From assembly GCA_951812955.1 (NCBI GenBank), contig OX638340.1:3680001-3744000 (forward strand): DNA of 64,000 nucleotides, read 5' to 3'. The stretch comes from an uncultured Gemmatimonadota bacterium (GTDB lineage Bacteria > JAAXHH01). Positions 62,379 through 64,000 of the stretch are shown here, in pieces. The notes beneath the pieces are model-generated. The model saw nothing but the letters and a program-made list of their open reading frames with translations. It ran no database searches and had not been told where the DNA came from. Position 1 is the first letter of the stretch, and each line of letters opens with the position of its first letter. The translations under genes were made by a program, and so were the position numbers.

Positions 62379-63818
62379 TCATCTCCTGATGAAGTGCGCC
62401 GAACCGTTCATTACGCATTGGCCGCAGGCCTTGTTCCGGCAAGTTTCGCGGTCTATCTGCAGCAGGCCCTGCTGAAGGATGGCCCGGTCGATGGAGGCCT
62501 TCTTCTCGGGCGTATCGCTGAACAGCAGGTTCGACATCGATTGGATCACGCTGTTGCTGGCCTGTCTGCCGTATCCGGTGTACATTTCCCTGACAAGCTG
62601 CATCCGGTCCGATTGGCTGTCCCGGTCGGCGATGGCGTAGATGAACGGAAGGATCACGTCGATCATCATGCCGCGCTGGCGGTCGCGGCCGATCAGGGCG
62701 GTACGGGCCGTTCGTGATGTTTCCCCGAACACGGTATGCTTCAGCCAGTAGTCGCCGGGCTGGGGCCTGGTCATTTCCTCGAATTGCCGCGTGATCTGCC
62801 GCAGCAATGCGACAGGCCCCCGTCTGGCGCCGATGTCCATCGGGCCGGCGATCAGCGTGTCCAGACCATCCCGAAGGCCCGCCGCAATAAAGTAACTCAT
62901 GGCAGCGAGCCGGACCGTGGGGAAGTTAAAAGGTCTCAGCCTAAAAAACAACCAGTCATGTTCCTGCATGGGGCGGGTGGGAATGGACCGGCTGAAGGCT
63001 TCCCATCGCGTTTCGATTTCCCTGACGTAAGGATCGTCCGGAATTTCCCCGCAGTATGAAAGACGCTGCGAGGGCAGCAGTCCGGCCGCGCCGAACAGTA
63101 CAGCCTGCAAATCGACGATTCGATGGCCGCCACCCGTGCCGACCAGGGCGCGAATCGTCGTCAGAGGCAGACGGCGGGCAAGTGCCTGGAAGGAATCGGT
63201 GTTTTTACCGTATCCCGCGGCCCGCATGGCGAATTCATATAGCGCCTGTTCCGCCGAGACCCGATCCATCCTGCTTGAAATGGCTGCCGCCTTCTGCCGA
63301 AACCTGTCGGATCCTTTCCGATCAAGCAATGCGTGTACGCGCTCGACCGACAACTGTTTCATCAGGCGCTGGCAGGGATAGCCGCCGGGAGTCGGTATCT
63401 CCAGCCTCCGCCGGTACTGTTTGCGTATGCGGTCCAGGCCATGCCGAAAGTGCTCGGATAAAACCAGCGTGGGGATGTACTGCCCGTTCTGTTTCCGGAC
63501 GACCGGCAGTTTTTCGTCGTGCCACATGACTACGTGCAGTACCACGTCATTGTAATGAGGGTCGCGGGTATGGCCATGTCGTTGCCAGTCGGCGGGTCTT
63601 ACATGGATTTCCACGTCACCGCGAAGCCGTTTGCCGGGTCCGAAGGACAGGACCGCCCTGAGGAAATCGGGCCCGCTGTCCTGGTTCAGTGTACCGGGAT
63701 GATACAGCCTGAGTGACCTACCGTCGGTAAGCCGGAGCCTTCCGGCCTTTGGCAATCCTTCCTGCCATAGATGCCAGATGAGCGCTTCCGCTATGTCCGA
63801 ATCGGCGATTTGAAGCAT
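62379..63818 (-). CDS. DUF2851 family protein
   Basis: 479 aa. The N-terminal block LWQEGLPKAGRLRLTDGRSLRLYHPGTLNQDSGPDFLRAVLSFG matches the DUF2851 conserved N-terminus. The fourth Cys, in the C-terminal cluster CRNKACGQC, is my guess at an added feature. Confidence 0.6.
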   Translation of the reverse strand: MLQIADSDIAEALIWHLWQEGLPKAGRLRLTDGRSLRLYHPGTLNQDSGPDFLRAVLSFGPGKRLRGDVEIHVRPADWQRHGHTRDPHYNDVVLHVVMWHDEKLPVVRKQNGQYIPTLVLSEHFRHGLDRIRKQYRRRLEIPTPGGYPCQRLMKQLSVERVHALLDRKGSDRFRQKAAAISSRMDRVSAEQALYEFAMRAAGYGKNTDSFQALARRLPLTTIRALVGTGGGHRIVDLQAVLFGAAGLLPSQRLSYCGEIPDDPYVREIETRWEAFSRSIPTRPMQEHDWLFFRLRPFNFPTVRLAAMSYFIAAGLRDGLDTLIAGPMDIGARRGPVALLRQITRQFEEMTRPQPGDYWLKHTVFGETSRTARTALIGRDRQRGMMIDVILPFIYAIADRDSQSDRMQLVREMYTGYGRQASNSVIQSMSNLLFSDTPEKKASIDRAILQQGLLQIDRETCRNKACGQCVMNGSAHFIRR

Positions 63819-64000
63819 ATTGGTTAATTGACTGTTCGGTCAGACAGGGTCTATGTTCTTATGGTCGGAAGAAGGTCGTCGATCTCGAATGAGCGGGACG
63901 ATACGCGTCCGTCTTGATGTCGTTTGCCGTCGATCAAATGACGCTGGTTTTTTTTTGTGATTGGATTATAATCCGTAGTAAACCGGGAGGTATGCACGTT

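Noticed and set aside
62034-62717. 227-aa + strand ORF spanning the 62097..62378 small ORF and the DUF2851 3' end
   Set aside because: Rejected as an antisense shadow. The minus-strand arrangement shows TGAATG translational coupling consistent with real genes.
63819-64000. T9 run (…gacgctggtttttttttgtg…) and small hairpins in the terminal 180 bp
   Set aside because: Rejected as a terminator. There is no convincing stem directly 5' of the T-run on either strand and no + strand gene ends there. It is probably the promoter region of the DUF2851 operon and/or the start of an off-window gene, and there is too little context to decide.
1-64000. Search for CRISPR arrays, tRNA/rRNA genes, transposases/integrases, phage genes or toxin-antitoxin pairs
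   Set aside because: Rejected for lack of evidence. No short spaced repeats typical of CRISPR were seen. No tRNA-like T-arm/acceptor patterns were found in intergenic regions. No DDE, tyrosine or serine recombinase motifs were found. The repeats present are tandem microsatellite/VNTR-type only.

Overview
This is a high-GC (~65%) bacterial chromosomal window with dense coding on both strands and no rRNA or tRNA genes, no CRISPR array and no transposase or integrase. Lineage markers include a T9SS C-terminal sorting domain on a secreted HExxH metalloprotease, a CarbopepD_reg-type TonB-dependent receptor paired with a DUF4249 lipoprotein, DUF2851 and PmoA-like DUF6807 proteins. These suggest an FCB-group organism such as Rhodothermota/Bacteroidota-like or Gemmatimonadota; this is inference only.

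Gene content, left to right:
- An MdtABC-like efflux operon on the minus strand: membrane fusion protein followed by two tandem RND pumps. The second pump carries a large insertion. The first runs off the window start.
- An amidohydrolase and an EamA transporter.
- An arsenic operon (arsR, arsC, acr3) with a perfect 21-bp x6 tandem array between arsC and acr3.
- A sulfatase, a secreted S1/P1 nuclease, a TauE exporter and an NrtR-like Nudix regulator.
- 2-oxoacid:ferredoxin oxidoreductase korAB.
- A PhyH dioxygenase.
- A minus-strand operon of a Tat-exported class V PLP enzyme, a VOC protein and a MurT-like Mur ligase.
- An enolase-superfamily dehydratase and a ThuA-Gfo/Idh/MocA fusion.
- A six-gene catabolic operon: class III aminotransferase, DarA/PstA-like c-di-AMP receptor, GFO oxidoreductase, DapA-like lyase, xylose-isomerase-like TIM barrel, aldo-keto reductase.
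- A polysaccharide deacetylase and miaA.
- A T9SS-sorted metalloprotease and a TlpA thiol-disulfide oxidoreductase.
- A thiO-thiS-thiG-thiE operon preceded by a clear TPP riboswitch with terminator.
- A VWA/double-TM membrane protein, TolC, and an ECF sigma / zf-HC2 anti-sigma / membrane-anchored partner operon.
- An HU-domain-TPR fusion protein, a PmoA-like protein, and the TonB receptor plus DUF4249 pair.
- A DinG-family helicase with an N-terminal extension.
- A UbiA-prenyltransferase / ubiE / ubiX cluster, nth, and a DapA-fold protein.
- An HTH protein with a long acidic tandem-repeat region, and a DUF2851 gene translationally coupled to a small ORF.

No single obvious novel system is visible. 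The most unusual items are the repeat array inside the ars operon, the HTH-acidic-repeat protein with DUF2851 and small ORF, the HU-TPR fusion, the Tat-PLP/VOC/MurT-like operon, and a c-di-AMP receptor inside a sugar/aminocyclitol-type operon.

Many long ORFs on the opposite strand of real genes are GC-driven shadow ORFs and are listed as rejected.
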